A stretch of 64,000 bases of DNA from a virus. Its lineage: Duplodnaviria; Caudoviricetes. Positions 40,401 through 49,997 of the stretch are shown here, one piece after another. Position 1 is the first letter of the stretch; every line of letters begins with the position of its first letter. Below the pieces are notes generated by a model that was not told the DNA's origin, searched no databases, and saw only the letters and a program-made list of their open reading frames with translations. The stretch is from positions 1 through 64,000 of IMG/VR virus record IMGVR_UViG_3300028549_001530; one strand, 5' to 3'. The position numbers and the translations under genes were made by a program.

Positions 40401-43400
40401 GGTGTTAAACCAGTTAAAAGAATAACAGATAACTATGGTTATAATATAACTGCTACAGACAACCATCAATTAAGAGTCATCACAGAAACAGGTGACTATA
40501 TTTGGAAAAGGTTGGATCAATTAAAAATTGGTGATATATTGGTTAAATGTGTTAACACATATCCTAACATTAACACATTACCTATTCCGAATAATGAAAC
40601 TAATGTAAATCATAAATCTATTAACAAGCTGAAAGAAAATATTGTTTATACTAAAGGGATAGCTGAACTTGTTGGATTTTTAATGTCTAACGGAAATGTT
40701 AAAACAGAAAGACATATTAGACTTTATCACCACATCGATTACGCAGAAAAAACATTTAGTAAAATTATTAAAACCTTAGAAGAAGATTTAGGTATAGTAA
40801 ATTCTAAAATTTTTGTATCAGCTAGAGTTAATAATCCTAATTTAGCTGAATTAAATATATATTCTAAAGAGTTAGTTACATGGTTAACTATAAACGACTC
40901 CATTAAAAAAGGTGCTTCTTACTTAAAAATACCAAAATGGGTATTAAATAGCAGCAGGGAAATTGTATATTCGTTTTTACGTGGGTTATATGAGGGTGAT
41001 GGTTCTGGTGGTTTAACTAGTGTAACATACACTTCTATAGATAAACTTTTTATTAATAAATTACAACAGGTTTTAGCTTCTATCGGCATTGTAACTAGAA
41101 AAGACATTTCAGGATATGGAGGAGCTGTTGGGAGATTTGGAAACAACGACGTTTACAGATTATCGATAGGTAACAGAAAAGATAAATTTAAATACTATAA
41201 AAATATTGGTTTTATGTCAGATAAGGGTAGTCAAATTTTAGTTAACTACAATGAAGAATTAGATTACAGAACTTATTATCAGTCAGTGCGAAAAACCCTA
41301 ACTAAAGCTTTTGGTTGTATAGATTATAAAAACAAAGTTTATACTAAATTAAAAGAATTAGGTGTAACAGAAGAAATAATGTTTACAGAAATTATTAACA
41401 TTGAGGATTTAGAACCAACATTAACTGTAGATATTTCTGTTCCTGACAATGTTACTTATATTGCTAACAGTTTTGTTAGCCATAACACTATTTCTTTAGC
41501 TTTTGCTGACAATGCAAGTAATGGCATTGAGCCACCGTTTAGTCTTGCTTATACACGTAAAAAACGTATGCAAGATGGTACTAAACAAGAGTATGCTGTT
41601 ATTGACCACTCTCTAAGAGTTTACTTAAACACACTAGAGAAAGACTACTCTGATAAACTCTTAAATGCTATTGTTAATTATAAGACTACATTTGAACATA
41701 ATGGTAAGAGTCTCTCTGTTAAAGAAGCAATTCCTAAGAGTATTGTGACCGCTTTAGAGTTAACTCCTAGTGAACACATTGCGATGATGAAAGTGGTACA
41801 GCCCTATATAGATTCATCGCTAAGTAAATGTGTAGCAAAAGGAACACCTATTATCACTAATAAAGGTATATTACCTATTGAAAGTTTAGGTTATGCTAAT
41901 ATTCCCGATAAGTTTGATAAACCATTAAATGATCTATTAGTACTTTGTCCAGATGGTGAATGGCGTGAAGTTACTTCTCACTATTACGGTGGATTTAAAC
42001 CTACAATAACTATTAGTTTAAATAACGGTCAGACTATAGAAGCATCTGAAACACACATGCTAATGACAGATAAAGGTTGGGTTAAAATGCCTGATCTTAG
42101 TGTGGGTGACTGTATAAAAGTAAGACGAGAAGTTAAAGTTAATTACAAGGGTGGTGCTTTGTTACCAACTATTGATTTTTATTGTAATAGCAAAGATTAC
42201 AATATACCTACACACATGACTCCATCTTTAGCTTTATTTTTAGGAATGATGGCAGCAGACGGTCATCTAGAACTAAATACAGGTATGGTAAATATAACTA
42301 AAAATGAACCTTTAGTTGGTGTTTTATTTAACAATCTTTCTGTAGAGTTGTTTAACGCTAAAGATGTTAAACATTTAGTAGATCCAAGAAACGGTGTTAA
42401 TTCGTGGTATTTTACATCAAGGTCAGTCTGTAGATGGCTTACAAATCTTATCGGATATAGAGCTGGTGATAAACATGTACCAACTGAAATTTTATCAGGT
42501 TCTTATGATGAAATGAGAATGTTTTTATCGGGACTTAGTTTAGACGGCTATAGAGCAAGACCGGATAAAGGTACAGATGCTACATACATTTATTTTGGTA
42601 AATCTAAACAGTTAGCTTTAGGTGGTTTTAGTTTACTTAAAGCTATTGGATATAATCCAAGACTTACTAGTAAAAAAGTTATTGGATATGACTATATAGC
42701 TCACGGAGTTTCTGCTAAAGGTGTTGATTTTTGTATAGAGCAAAGAAAAAACACTGAAGATAGTTTAGCTGTTGAGTTTATTAAAATACCTGAAGAAGTT
42801 TTAAATGGAAAACTTCTATGTAAAGATCCTAATTATTCTACTCATAGAAATTGGCGGCAAAGAAATAATACAATATGTAAAGAAAGTCACTACATAAATA
42901 ATTTTAATAATTATTATGATAAAAATTTTATATACTATAAAATAACAGAAATCACTAATACGGCTAATGAAATTTATGATATAGAGGTTAAAGATAGTCA
43001 TGACTATCTTATTGATGGTGTTGTGTCACATAACACTGTTAATATACCAGCAGATTATCCTTTTGATGACTTTAAAACAGTATATGATCAAGCGTGGGTA
43101 GGTAAACTCAAAGGTGTAGCTACCTATAGACCTAACGATACACTAGGCTCAGTTTTAAGTGTAGGTGTAGAAGTTAAAGAAGAAGTTAAAGTAAAGGTAG
43201 AAACTGATACCACTACTACGACAGTAACTACTATCGTTAAAGAAGAAGATCCTTTCAATACTTTTATTATTAAAAGACCAAATGGTACTTTAAGTTCTAG
43301 AACTAAGAAGGTTGAATACCTCTCGTCTTCTTTTGTTAAGGATGATTTCTACGTAGGTGTGTCTTTTCTAAATGATATTAAGAGACCTATTGAAGTATTC

Positions 43401-43844
43401 TTTACAGTGTGTCCAGATGGTGTATCACAAGAATGGTTAGACTCATACGCTATTAACTTATCGCTACTTGCTCGGGGTGGATTAGATCTTTTCTGTAAAG
43501 CTTTAAGAGCTGATCGAAGGATTAAGTCTGACAAAGGGCAAATCCGTTATGGATGGTATACTAAGTCAGATGGTAGTAAAGTTCCACGTTACCATACCAG
43601 TGAGGTAGCTTGTATGGCTTATGCTATTCAAGAGTTACTCGTAGAGGAAAACATTATTACAGAGCAAGGTTTTCCTATTTATAGTGAAGATGCAAAAGAA
43701 GTACATAAATCAACTCAGGTAAGTACAATTCAATCAGGGTTTATTCCTGGTAAACTATGCACAGAGTGTGGTGCTAACGCGGTAATAAAAAAAGATGGAT
43801 GTACATACTGTACTAATTGTCATGCTCTGGGAGAGTGTGGTTAA
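37420..43844 (+). CDS. nrdJ: Class II (B12-dependent) ribonucleotide reductase, spliced (exons 37420-39505 and 39748-43844), with 3 inteins
   Basis: GAGRIM, NCF, GGGVGYDFS, FNVSV, EPG, joined TNP-C-GEQPL, RRIGVGFTG, IAP, KGVATYR, C-terminal TSCPD-like and Zn ribbon; precursor 2060 aa, mature ~854 aa. Confidence 0.93.
37948..39123 (+). mobile_element. Intein 1 in NrdJ with LAGLIDADG endonuclease
   Basis: ESAG|CFTGDT...YLAGLFDADG...IYTSN|SRRGAQ; 392 aa. Confidence 0.93.
39506..39747 (+). ncRNA. Group I intron (ORF-less, 242 nt) in nrdJ
   Basis: 5' exon ends in U (CCGU) pairing with GCGG (P1); P7 ACGACU/AUAGUC; terminal G; removal restores TGT GGT GAG (CGE) in frame. Confidence 0.92.
40251..41486 (+). 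mobile_element. Intein 2 in NrdJ with LAGLIDADG endonuclease
   Basis: IAPVG|CVTPDT...FLRGLYEGDG...VSHN|TIS; 412 aa. Confidence 0.93.
41829..43034 (+). mobile_element. Intein 3 in NrdJ with LAGLIDADG-like domain
   Basis: SLSK|CVAKGT...FLSGLSLDG...VSHN|TVN; 402 aa. Confidence 0.93.
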
Positions 43845-43903
43845 TTAACATAAGAACCACAACAACCTATTAATACTAGGTTGTTGTGGAAATTCTTTTA
43901 ATC

Positions 43904-43922
43904 ACATATATAGTTATTGTAA
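43904..43922 (+). promoter_or_regulatory. Phage early-type promoter motif
   Basis: ACATATATAGTTATTGTAA. Confidence 0.75.
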
Positions 43923-43980
43923 ACAATCACTGTTTGTATTACATCTGTTGTAGGTGTAAGCAGTTGTTGTTAATTAGGAG
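43923..43980 (+). ncRNA. Conserved 5'-leader hairpin (copy B)
   Basis: Highly similar to copy A at 5077-5135. Confidence 0.55.
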
Positions 43981-43986
43981 TTTAGT

Positions 43987-44352
43987 ATGAATACGAATAA
44001 AAATGATAATAAAAATTTCTCTAATCAAGATTATTTCCTTAAGGAGTCTAATCTAAATTTAAGCTTTCCTAAAAAAGAAGAAATATCGGAATTTAAAAAT
44101 AAAATTTTAAATAAAAATCAAAACACTGAATTAAACAAAAGAATACATGTGATAACAACACGTGTGACAAGTAATAATTTAAGTGGATATTTGTTGTTAG
44201 CTGACGACATACAAGAAAAAGAAAAAAAGGATAAAACAGTCATTGCTTTTGTTATTATGGTTCTTGTTGCTATATTTATACCGCTTCTACCTTTAGTGGT
44301 TGAAGTCTTTAAAGACTTAGATTTTTGGTATAATTTCATCCTCATTAATTAA
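43987..44352 (+). CDS. Hypothetical membrane protein
   Basis: C-terminal TM segment, AGGAG RBS. Confidence 0.6.
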   Translation: MNTNKNDNKNFSNQDYFLKESNLNLSFPKKEEISEFKNKILNKNQNTELNKRIHVITTRVTSNNLSGYLLLADDIQEKEKKDKTVIAFVIMVLVAIFIPLLPLVVEVFKDLDFWYNFILIN

Positions 44353-44364
44353 AAAGGATTAAGT

Positions 44365-44556
44365 ATGAGTAATGGTGGAAAGGGTAGTAAGTCAAGACCA
44401 CTAAGCGTGAGTCGTGAAGAGTATAAGTCTAATTGGGATAGAATCTTCTCTAAGAAAGAAGAAGAACCACAAGAGCTTGAACTTAAAGTTTTAACAACAG
44501 AGCAATTGTCTGAACTTAACAGAAGTTATCAAAACAAGAGGTTAAAATGTTTATAA
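44365..44556 (+). CDS. Small conserved phage protein
   Basis: GGKGSKSRP...Y..NWDRIF motif. Confidence 0.6.
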   Translation: MSNGGKGSKSRPLSVSREEYKSNWDRIFSKKEEEPQELELKVLTTEQLSELNRSYQNKRLKCL

Positions 44557-44756
44557 CTAAAAAAGCATTAGAGTTAACAAAGTCATTAGATGACTCTATG
44601 AATAGCGACAATATAAAAAGATATATTATCGCGTTAGAAAATGCTCTTTTAGAAGTAATTTCTAGCGAAGAAAATGAATTAAGATATGGTGGACAAGTTT
44701 ACACCAACGCAGAGTCATATCGTAAAATTATGGAGTTAGGACCTAAAACAGATTAA
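44547..44756 (+). CDS. Hypothetical protein
   Basis: ORF with GAGG RBS in an operon. Confidence 0.5.
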   Translation: MFITKKALELTKSLDDSMNSDNIKRYIIALENALLEVISSEENELRYGGQVYTNAESYRKIMELGPKTD

Positions 44757-44777
44757 ACTTAAAAGGAGAATAAAGTC

Positions 44778-45077
44778 ATGCAAAAGCCACTAGGAGCCGG
44801 TGATATTTGTATTGTAATTGAAGGATTAGGTGGTAAATCTAGTCCTAACATTGGTAAACTTGTCACTATAGATAAGAGAGTTTATGGTGAATTTGGGATG
44901 GACCATCGTAAATATGGTGCTATATTTTCTTGTATCGGTAAAGACTTAAGTGTGCTGAAAGATAACGGAACGTATGAGCTTACATCTAAATGCGATATCC
45001 CAGGTATCTGGCTTAAACGCATAGATCCAAAAGAGCTTTCTAAAGAGACGACTAAAATCTTAGAAGTTCAAGAATAG
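44778..45077 (+). CDS. Hypothetical protein
   Basis: AAGGAG RBS. Confidence 0.6.
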   Translation: MQKPLGAGDICIVIEGLGGKSSPNIGKLVTIDKRVYGEFGMDHRKYGAIFSCIGKDLSVLKDNGTYELTSKCDIPGIWLKRIDPKELSKETTKILEVQE

Positions 45078-45162
45078 TTTTTTTACTATAAATGCCATTA
45101 GGTGAGTGAAAGATATACTTGCCTAATGGTTTTTAAATATATTCACTATAAAGGAGTTTCTA

Positions 45163-45390
45163 ATGAATAACGATGTATTTGAACCAACTAATGCAGAGAT
45201 ATCTGTAGAGTGTGCTAGAGATGTCGAATATCTTCGCACTCGTCAGCGTCATACACAGAAACTTGAAGACGAACTCATTGCACTTCATAAAGCAGGTAAA
45301 CCACCTAACATGAATGAATATGGATGTACTAAAGAAACAGGTGAAGCACTAATGAAAGAAGCAATTAGTCTTTTAAATAAAAAGCATTAA
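45163..45390 (+). CDS. Hypothetical protein
   Basis: AAGGAG RBS. Confidence 0.6.
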   Translation: MNNDVFEPTNAEISVECARDVEYLRTRQRHTQKLEDELIALHKAGKPPNMNEYGCTKETGEALMKEAISLLNKKH

Positions 45391-45439
45391 TTGACAAAGT
45401 GAAGTAAGTTTTAGGCTTTAACTAACAAGGGGGTAATTC

Positions 45440-45652
45440 ATGCTCAATATTGAAATCTCAGGTCCAGACAAATCTGGTAAAGGTCACGCTATTGCTCTGA
45501 TTGCTAAGAAGCTCAGAGAACTAGGTCTTAATGTAGTTGTGCAATCTGAAGAGACTCACAATGCAGTTAAGATGGAAAAGACACAAGAAGAACTTGTAGA
45601 GCGTCTTAAAGATATCGAATTTAGAGTAATGGAACTTCAAACTGGGTTTTAG
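45440..45652 (+). CDS. Small P-loop protein (nucleotide-kinase-like N-terminus only)
   Basis: IEISGPDKSGKG Walker-A-like motif, only 70 aa. Confidence 0.5.
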   Translation: MLNIEISGPDKSGKGHAIALIAKKLRELGLNVVVQSEETHNAVKMEKTQEELVERLKDIEFRVMELQTGF

Positions 45653-45708
45653 AAAGTAACCTATATTGGGAGTCTAGCATAATTGGATGTACTGAGAAAA
45701 GGAAAAGT

Positions 45709-46043
45709 AGGATGTTAGCTCAGTTGGTTAGAGCAGGGTACTTAGGAATGGGTCATTAACGAAAAATGAGTTGGTAGTCTAACGGCATAACAATTCAATC
45801 GAAAGACGTTAATAGTATTTCCGTAAATTCGGTGAACTCTAAGTTAGTATACAATACTAATATGACAATGCCGAGCCAAGCCTAATATTAGGAAGGTGTA
45901 GAGACTAGAGACGGAATACCTAAAATATAGAAATATATCATGGTGATAGTATAGTCCAGACCACAAACATATAAAATAAGGTAGTGAAAACTATAGTGGT
46001 AAGCATAATGCCTTGGTCACTGGTTCAAGTCCAGTACATCCTA
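45709..46043 (+). tRNA. tRNA(CAT), most like Ile2, interrupted by a group I intron; CCA not encoded
   Basis: Exons 45709-45742 and 46004-46043 join to AGGATGTTAGCTCAGTTGGTTAGAGCAGGGTACT|CATAATGCCTTGGTCACTGGTTCAAGTCCAGTACATCCTA, a full cloverleaf. The body resembles bacterial tRNA-Ile2 more than tRNA-Met. Confidence 0.9.
45743..46003 (+). ncRNA. Group I intron (261 nt, IC3-like) between U33 and C34 of the tRNA
   Basis: P AAATTCGGTGAA, Q AATGCCGAGCCAAG, R GTAGAGACTAGA, S GTATAGTCCA; P1 with U33.G pair and GGAA loop; terminal G. Confidence 0.92.
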
Positions 46044-46071
46044 CTTTTCCTTTTTAGAAATAAAGTTAATT

Positions 46072-46090
46072 GCATATATACTATATGTAC
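46072..46090 (+). promoter_or_regulatory. Phage early-type promoter motif (variant)
   Basis: GCATATATACTATATGTAC directly upstream of tRNA-Arg. Confidence 0.55.
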
Positions 46091-46108
46091 CATAAGAGTG
46101 TTCATTTT

Positions 46109-46183
46109 ACGCGTGAAGCTTAACTGGATAAGCAGCGGATTTCTACTCCGTAGTTAGTGCAAGTTCGAATCTTGTCACGCGTA
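46109..46183 (+). tRNA. tRNA-Arg(TCT); CCA not encoded
   Basis: Acceptor ACGCGTG/CACGCGT, D arm GCTT/AAGC, anticodon arm GCGGA-TTTCTAC-TCCGT, T arm GCAAG-TTCGAAT-CTTGT. Confidence 0.85.
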
Positions 46184-46379
46184 AAATGAACATTTATAGT
46201 TTTCAGGTAGATCTTCTAGATATGTAATCATCGTTCTTCAGTTGTCTCCCTACGCTGGCATCGTACAGCACTTCATATATCTATTCACTTTAAGTGGACT
46301 ACCTCTTTTACACCAACCCACACATAGAAAGCTCACCACTTTCTATGTGTGTTCTTTTTCATTTCTCACAAAGGATCAT

Positions 46380-46577
46380 ATGTCAAACTTAATAAAAACA
46401 AACCTAAACACAAAACTAAACACAAAACCAATAGTTGATAATAATATATCTGTTAAACCAACTTATGATTTTAACGAGACATCATTACAAATTGCAAAAG
46501 TGATGGCGTTAAAAGGAACTGATAAACAAAAAGAAGAAGCTCGTAGCTTCTTTAAAGAGTTCTTAACTAAAGTTTGA
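46380..46577 (+). CDS. Hypothetical protein
   Basis: AAGGA RBS before ATG 46380 (ORF-track start 46242 is unlikely). Confidence 0.55.
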   Translation: MSNLIKTNLNTKLNTKPIVDNNISVKPTYDFNETSLQIAKVMALKGTDKQKEEARSFFKEFLTKV

Positions 46578-46602
46578 AATAATTTATCCAAGGAGTTTTA
46601 AT

Positions 46603-47007
46603 ATGGCAAAAGCATTCATTGCTTCAGTGCGTTCTTGCGATTTCGTGCTGTTTCAGTATATCGACTTAGATACGGATGCGGTTACCTTTTGTGAAGATCT
46701 CTCACCCGATAAGCAAGTTGACATTTTCACCATGGAGTCAGACTGTACAACGTACTGTCTTACAACTAAAGGAGATAAACTACTCCTAGGTAAATTCAAG
46801 TATATCGATAAAATTAACTACAAACAAAACATCAATACACAAGTGATCTCTTTTGAGTTTGATATCAAGTTTTTAGAAAAACACAAGAATGTAACGATGC
46901 TAGATGTTACATTTGCAACCAATGACTTTCTTAAAGCTGAGTGTCGTCTGGTTGAATTGCTACTGAGTATGTATCCAACCATTTTCATGCTCAGCAATAA
47001 ACAATAA
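46603..47007 (+). CDS. Hypothetical protein
   Basis: AAGGAG RBS. Confidence 0.6.
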   Translation: MAKAFIASVRSCDFVLFQYIDLDTDAVTFCEDLSPDKQVDIFTMESDCTTYCLTTKGDKLLLGKFKYIDKINYKQNINTQVISFEFDIKFLEKHKNVTMLDVTFATNDFLKAECRLVELLLSMYPTIFMLSNKQ

Positions 47008-47082
47008 CTTTCTAATCGTGAAAATTTTAAAAATATTGTAACACCTAATGTGGCTGCTTAACAACTAAAGGTAATTTAAAAA

Positions 47083-48012
47083 ATGTCTAATATAGTCCTA
47101 TATCACGGCGGTGGGTGTAATGATGGTATGTGTTCAGCATACCTTATGTATTTGTTTTTCAAAGAAAGAAAAGAACCTGTAGAATTTATTGCTGTTAATT
47201 ATAATGAAGCTATACCAGATGTCACCGGTAAACATGTGTACATTGTAGACTTCTCGTATTCGCCTGATGTGTTAGAAGAAGCTCGTACTAAAGCTTTGTC
47301 TATTGTGATGTTAGATCACCATCTAACCGCAGCACAACAGTGGGGTGGTTATTATAATTTATATTATTTTCAACCAACTGATACCAAATGTCATTTAACT
47401 ATTAAAATTGCTGAAGACAAATCAGGAGCTGGACTTACATACGACTTTGTTTTGGCATGTTCACGGATAGATTCTATTCATAATGTTTTTGACAATCCTG
47501 ATGATGATAGGCTTTTTCGTGTTGTTAATTCCGTACAAGACAGAGATCTTTGGAAGTTTGCTCTTAAAGATACTCCCGTTATACACGAAGCTTTGTCTTT
47601 TCTACCTAAGACGATTGAGGCTTGGCATCACTTCATCTCAGAATCTTCTATATCAGAATTTAATGATAAACTAGCAGAAGCTCAAGCTTTTCTTAAACTT
47701 AAAGAACATTTAGCACAAACCTATGCTAAGTTGTTTCAGTTAATCAAGTTCCAAGGATATGAAATTCCTGTTGTGAACTGTCCATCTAACTTTGCTAGTA
47801 GAGTTGGTGAGATTTTAGCCGAGCAGTATCCATTTGCTCTAATGTATTGTTTAAGCACAACTAAGGTATATTGTTCACTCAGAAGTAACACTAAGTCAGA
47901 GGTAGATGTGTCCGCTATTGCTAAGGTATTTAAAGGCGGTGGGCATTTTCATGCCGCAGGCTTTGGTCTTATACCAGAGCAACTTCCTATTTTGTTTAAA
48001 GGAGAACTATGA
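47083..48012 (+). CDS. DHH/DHHA1 family phosphoesterase
   Basis: YH..C.DG, VDFS, LDHH and GGGH..AAGF motifs. Confidence 0.9.
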   Translation: MSNIVLYHGGGCNDGMCSAYLMYLFFKERKEPVEFIAVNYNEAIPDVTGKHVYIVDFSYSPDVLEEARTKALSIVMLDHHLTAAQQWGGYYNLYYFQPTDTKCHLTIKIAEDKSGAGLTYDFVLACSRIDSIHNVFDNPDDDRLFRVVNSVQDRDLWKFALKDTPVIHEALSFLPKTIEAWHHFISESSISEFNDKLAEAQAFLKLKEHLAQTYAKLFQLIKFQGYEIPVVNCPSNFASRVGEILAEQYPFALMYCLSTTKVYCSLRSNTKSEVDVSAIAKVFKGGGHFHAAGFGLIPEQLPILFKGEL

Positions 48013-48236
48013 TAGAAGAACCACTAAAAATTATCTCTCTGTTTAATGGGAAAGAAACAGAGAATAAACCTAAGTTTGCCAGGATGTTTGAAGATCAGTC
48101 TAAAATAGATGCTTGTGCTCTATTAATTGAACCTGATAAAATGCAAAGGTATAAATCTTTCTTAACCAAGTATCCGGGACTTAAATATATTAAATCTCAT
48201 GTAGAGTTTCTTCCACTTAAGGGTTTAAAGCTATGA
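48009..48236 (+). CDS. Hypothetical protein
   Basis: Overlapping start/stop, GGAG RBS. Confidence 0.5.
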   Translation: MIEEPLKIISLFNGKETENKPKFARMFEDQSKIDACALLIEPDKMQRYKSFLTKYPGLKYIKSHVEFLPLKGLKL

Positions 48237-48565
48237 ATGTGAATTGGAAACCTGACTACTCTGTAACACCACAGAGAATAGTTTGTGCTGCTTGTCAGCA
48301 CAAAGATGGCGCTATTGTCATTGGTATACGTCATTTTGACGGTATTATGTCTGACACCATTATTCTAAGGAGAGAAATAGACCCATATGAGAATTGGGAT
48401 GGTTGTGATCAAGGCTTTGTAGATCAATTTGGTAATTTTTTAACGAGGCGTGAGTCTTGGATCATTGCTGTTAAAGCCAATCAAATATATCGTTTAGTTG
48501 GTAACCAGACTAAAGATAGTAAAACAAGAGAAGATGTTGAACTTTTTAGTGAAAATTTATACTAA
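48233..48565 (+). CDS. Conserved phage hypothetical protein
   Basis: IVCAA...G.RH...QGFVDQ.G.FLTR.E...IA motif family. Confidence 0.65.
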   Translation: MNVNWKPDYSVTPQRIVCAACQHKDGAIVIGIRHFDGIMSDTIILRREIDPYENWDGCDQGFVDQFGNFLTRRESWIIAVKANQIYRLVGNQTKDSKTREDVELFSENLY

Positions 48566-48663
48566 ATCTATTATTTAAGATTTTAGTTTGTATATCCTAA
48601 GGCATACCTATTAGAAGAAACACCGTCTACTGACTAAACATCAGTAGACGGTGTTTCTTCTTC

Positions 48664-49062
48664 TTATTTTTTATTTTTTACAAATTCGGCTATTTGTAAA
48701 TCCATACTATCTACATGTTGTAAAAATATAGAATCTAATTCTTTAACTATATAACACTCCAGTATATGATTATATTTTTCACAATTAACAGTTAGAGACA
48801 TTATAGTTTCTAACTTTTTTAATAAAGATAAATGTTTTTCTTTATGATAAAGAAAATAAGGATATTCTATACTGAGCATATAAGTTTCTTCAGATAAAAA
48901 ATGTTCTTTAAGTTTTGTTTTATATAATTCTAATAACCCTGTTACATCAGAAGAATTTCTGATACCTTTCTCTATTTCTGATGTTATTTTAAATAATTCT
49001 ATATGTTCTTTATCTATATTTTCTATTCCTGTTTTGTAGTGTGTTAATTTATCATTAGACAT
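48664..49062 (-). CDS. Bacteriohemerythrin
   Basis: TGIxxIDxEH, HFxxEE, HKEKH and HVxxxD di-iron ligands. Confidence 0.9.
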   Translation of the reverse strand: MSNDKLTHYKTGIENIDKEHIELFKITSEIEKGIRNSSDVTGLLELYKTKLKEHFLSEETYMLSIEYPYFLYHKEKHLSLLKKLETIMSLTVNCEKYNHILECYIVKELDSIFLQHVDSMDLQIAEFVKNKK

Positions 49063-49080
49063 AATAGGCTTCTTTTAAAA

Positions 49081-49401
49081 TTAATTGTAAAGTTGTAAAT
49101 ATGCTTGTTCAATAGTTAAATCTAGTTTATATTTTAAAAGCATATTAGCTGCATTGTGAATAGATATACCGTTACAAGCTATTTGAACTTTATAAGCTCT
49201 CACCTCTGCTTCTAGTCTAAATTTCTTCGAGAGAAAATACCGAGCTAACCAAAACAAAGATAGAAAACCTTGTTCATTGTAGTGAACCATCTCGTGACTA
49301 ATCAGACCAGTATTACCAATCATAGACGGTCTAATAAAGATAAAAGGCCAACACGTGAAAGCAGCAAAATCCCTAGGTAACCTATTTGTTTTAACCAGCA
49401 T
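49081..49401 (-). CDS. Small HExxH zincin-like protein
   Basis: LISHEMVH...FRLEAEVRAY. Confidence 0.6.
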   Translation of the reverse strand: MLVKTNRLPRDFAAFTCWPFIFIRPSMIGNTGLISHEMVHYNEQGFLSLFWLARYFLSKKFRLEAEVRAYKVQIACNGISIHNAANMLLKYKLDLTIEQAYLQLYN

Positions 49402-49480
49402 AATAGACTCCTTTTAATATGGCTTCAATACATTATTTATTTTTTTAATAGATAAATTGAGTTTAAAAGGGGAACACACG

Positions 49481-49993
49481 ATGGCTAAGTACTATGCTGG
49501 AGTTGGTAGTAGAGAAACACCTATTGACATTTTAGAGTTAATGACAAGTATTGCTAAACGTTATGAGGAAAGGGGATTTACACTTAGATCAGGTGGCGCT
49601 TATGGTGCTGATAAAGCTTTTGCTGACGGGTGTAGTAATAAGGAAATCTTTGTACCGTGGTCTGGGTACAATGACATACCGTTAAAGTATATCATACCAG
49701 ATGAAGCTTATGTTGTAGCAGCTAAACACCATCCATTGTGGTTTAAGCTGCCACAAGGTGCTAAGAAAATGATGGCTCGAAACGTGATGCAGGTACTAGG
49801 TCCAAACCTAGATGAACCTTCTTCTTTAGTAGTGTGTTGGACAAGAGACGGTTGTACAACAACTGCTGAGCGTAGTTGGAAAACAGGTGGCACAGGACAA
49901 GCTATATCTATCGCTAACACCTACAACATACCTGTGTACAATTTGGCTAGAGAAGACCACCATAAGAAATACTTAGAAATGCTTCGAGATTAA
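49481..49993 (+). CDS. SLOG/DprA-like Rossmann-fold protein
   Basis: YAGVGSRETP, LRSGGA.GAD..F, RNV.QVLG and GGTGQA motifs. Confidence 0.75.
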   Translation: MAKYYAGVGSRETPIDILELMTSIAKRYEERGFTLRSGGAYGADKAFADGCSNKEIFVPWSGYNDIPLKYIIPDEAYVVAAKHHPLWFKLPQGAKKMMARNVMQVLGPNLDEPSSLVVCWTRDGCTTTAERSWKTGGTGQAISIANTYNIPVYNLAREDHHKKYLEMLRD

Positions 49994-49997
49994 TCTT

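Noticed and set aside
46201-46285. Hammerhead or theta ribozyme near the tRNAs (CTGAAGA on the - strand)
   Set aside because: I could not build stem II with GAAA or an HDV-like fold; kept only as an unassigned segment.
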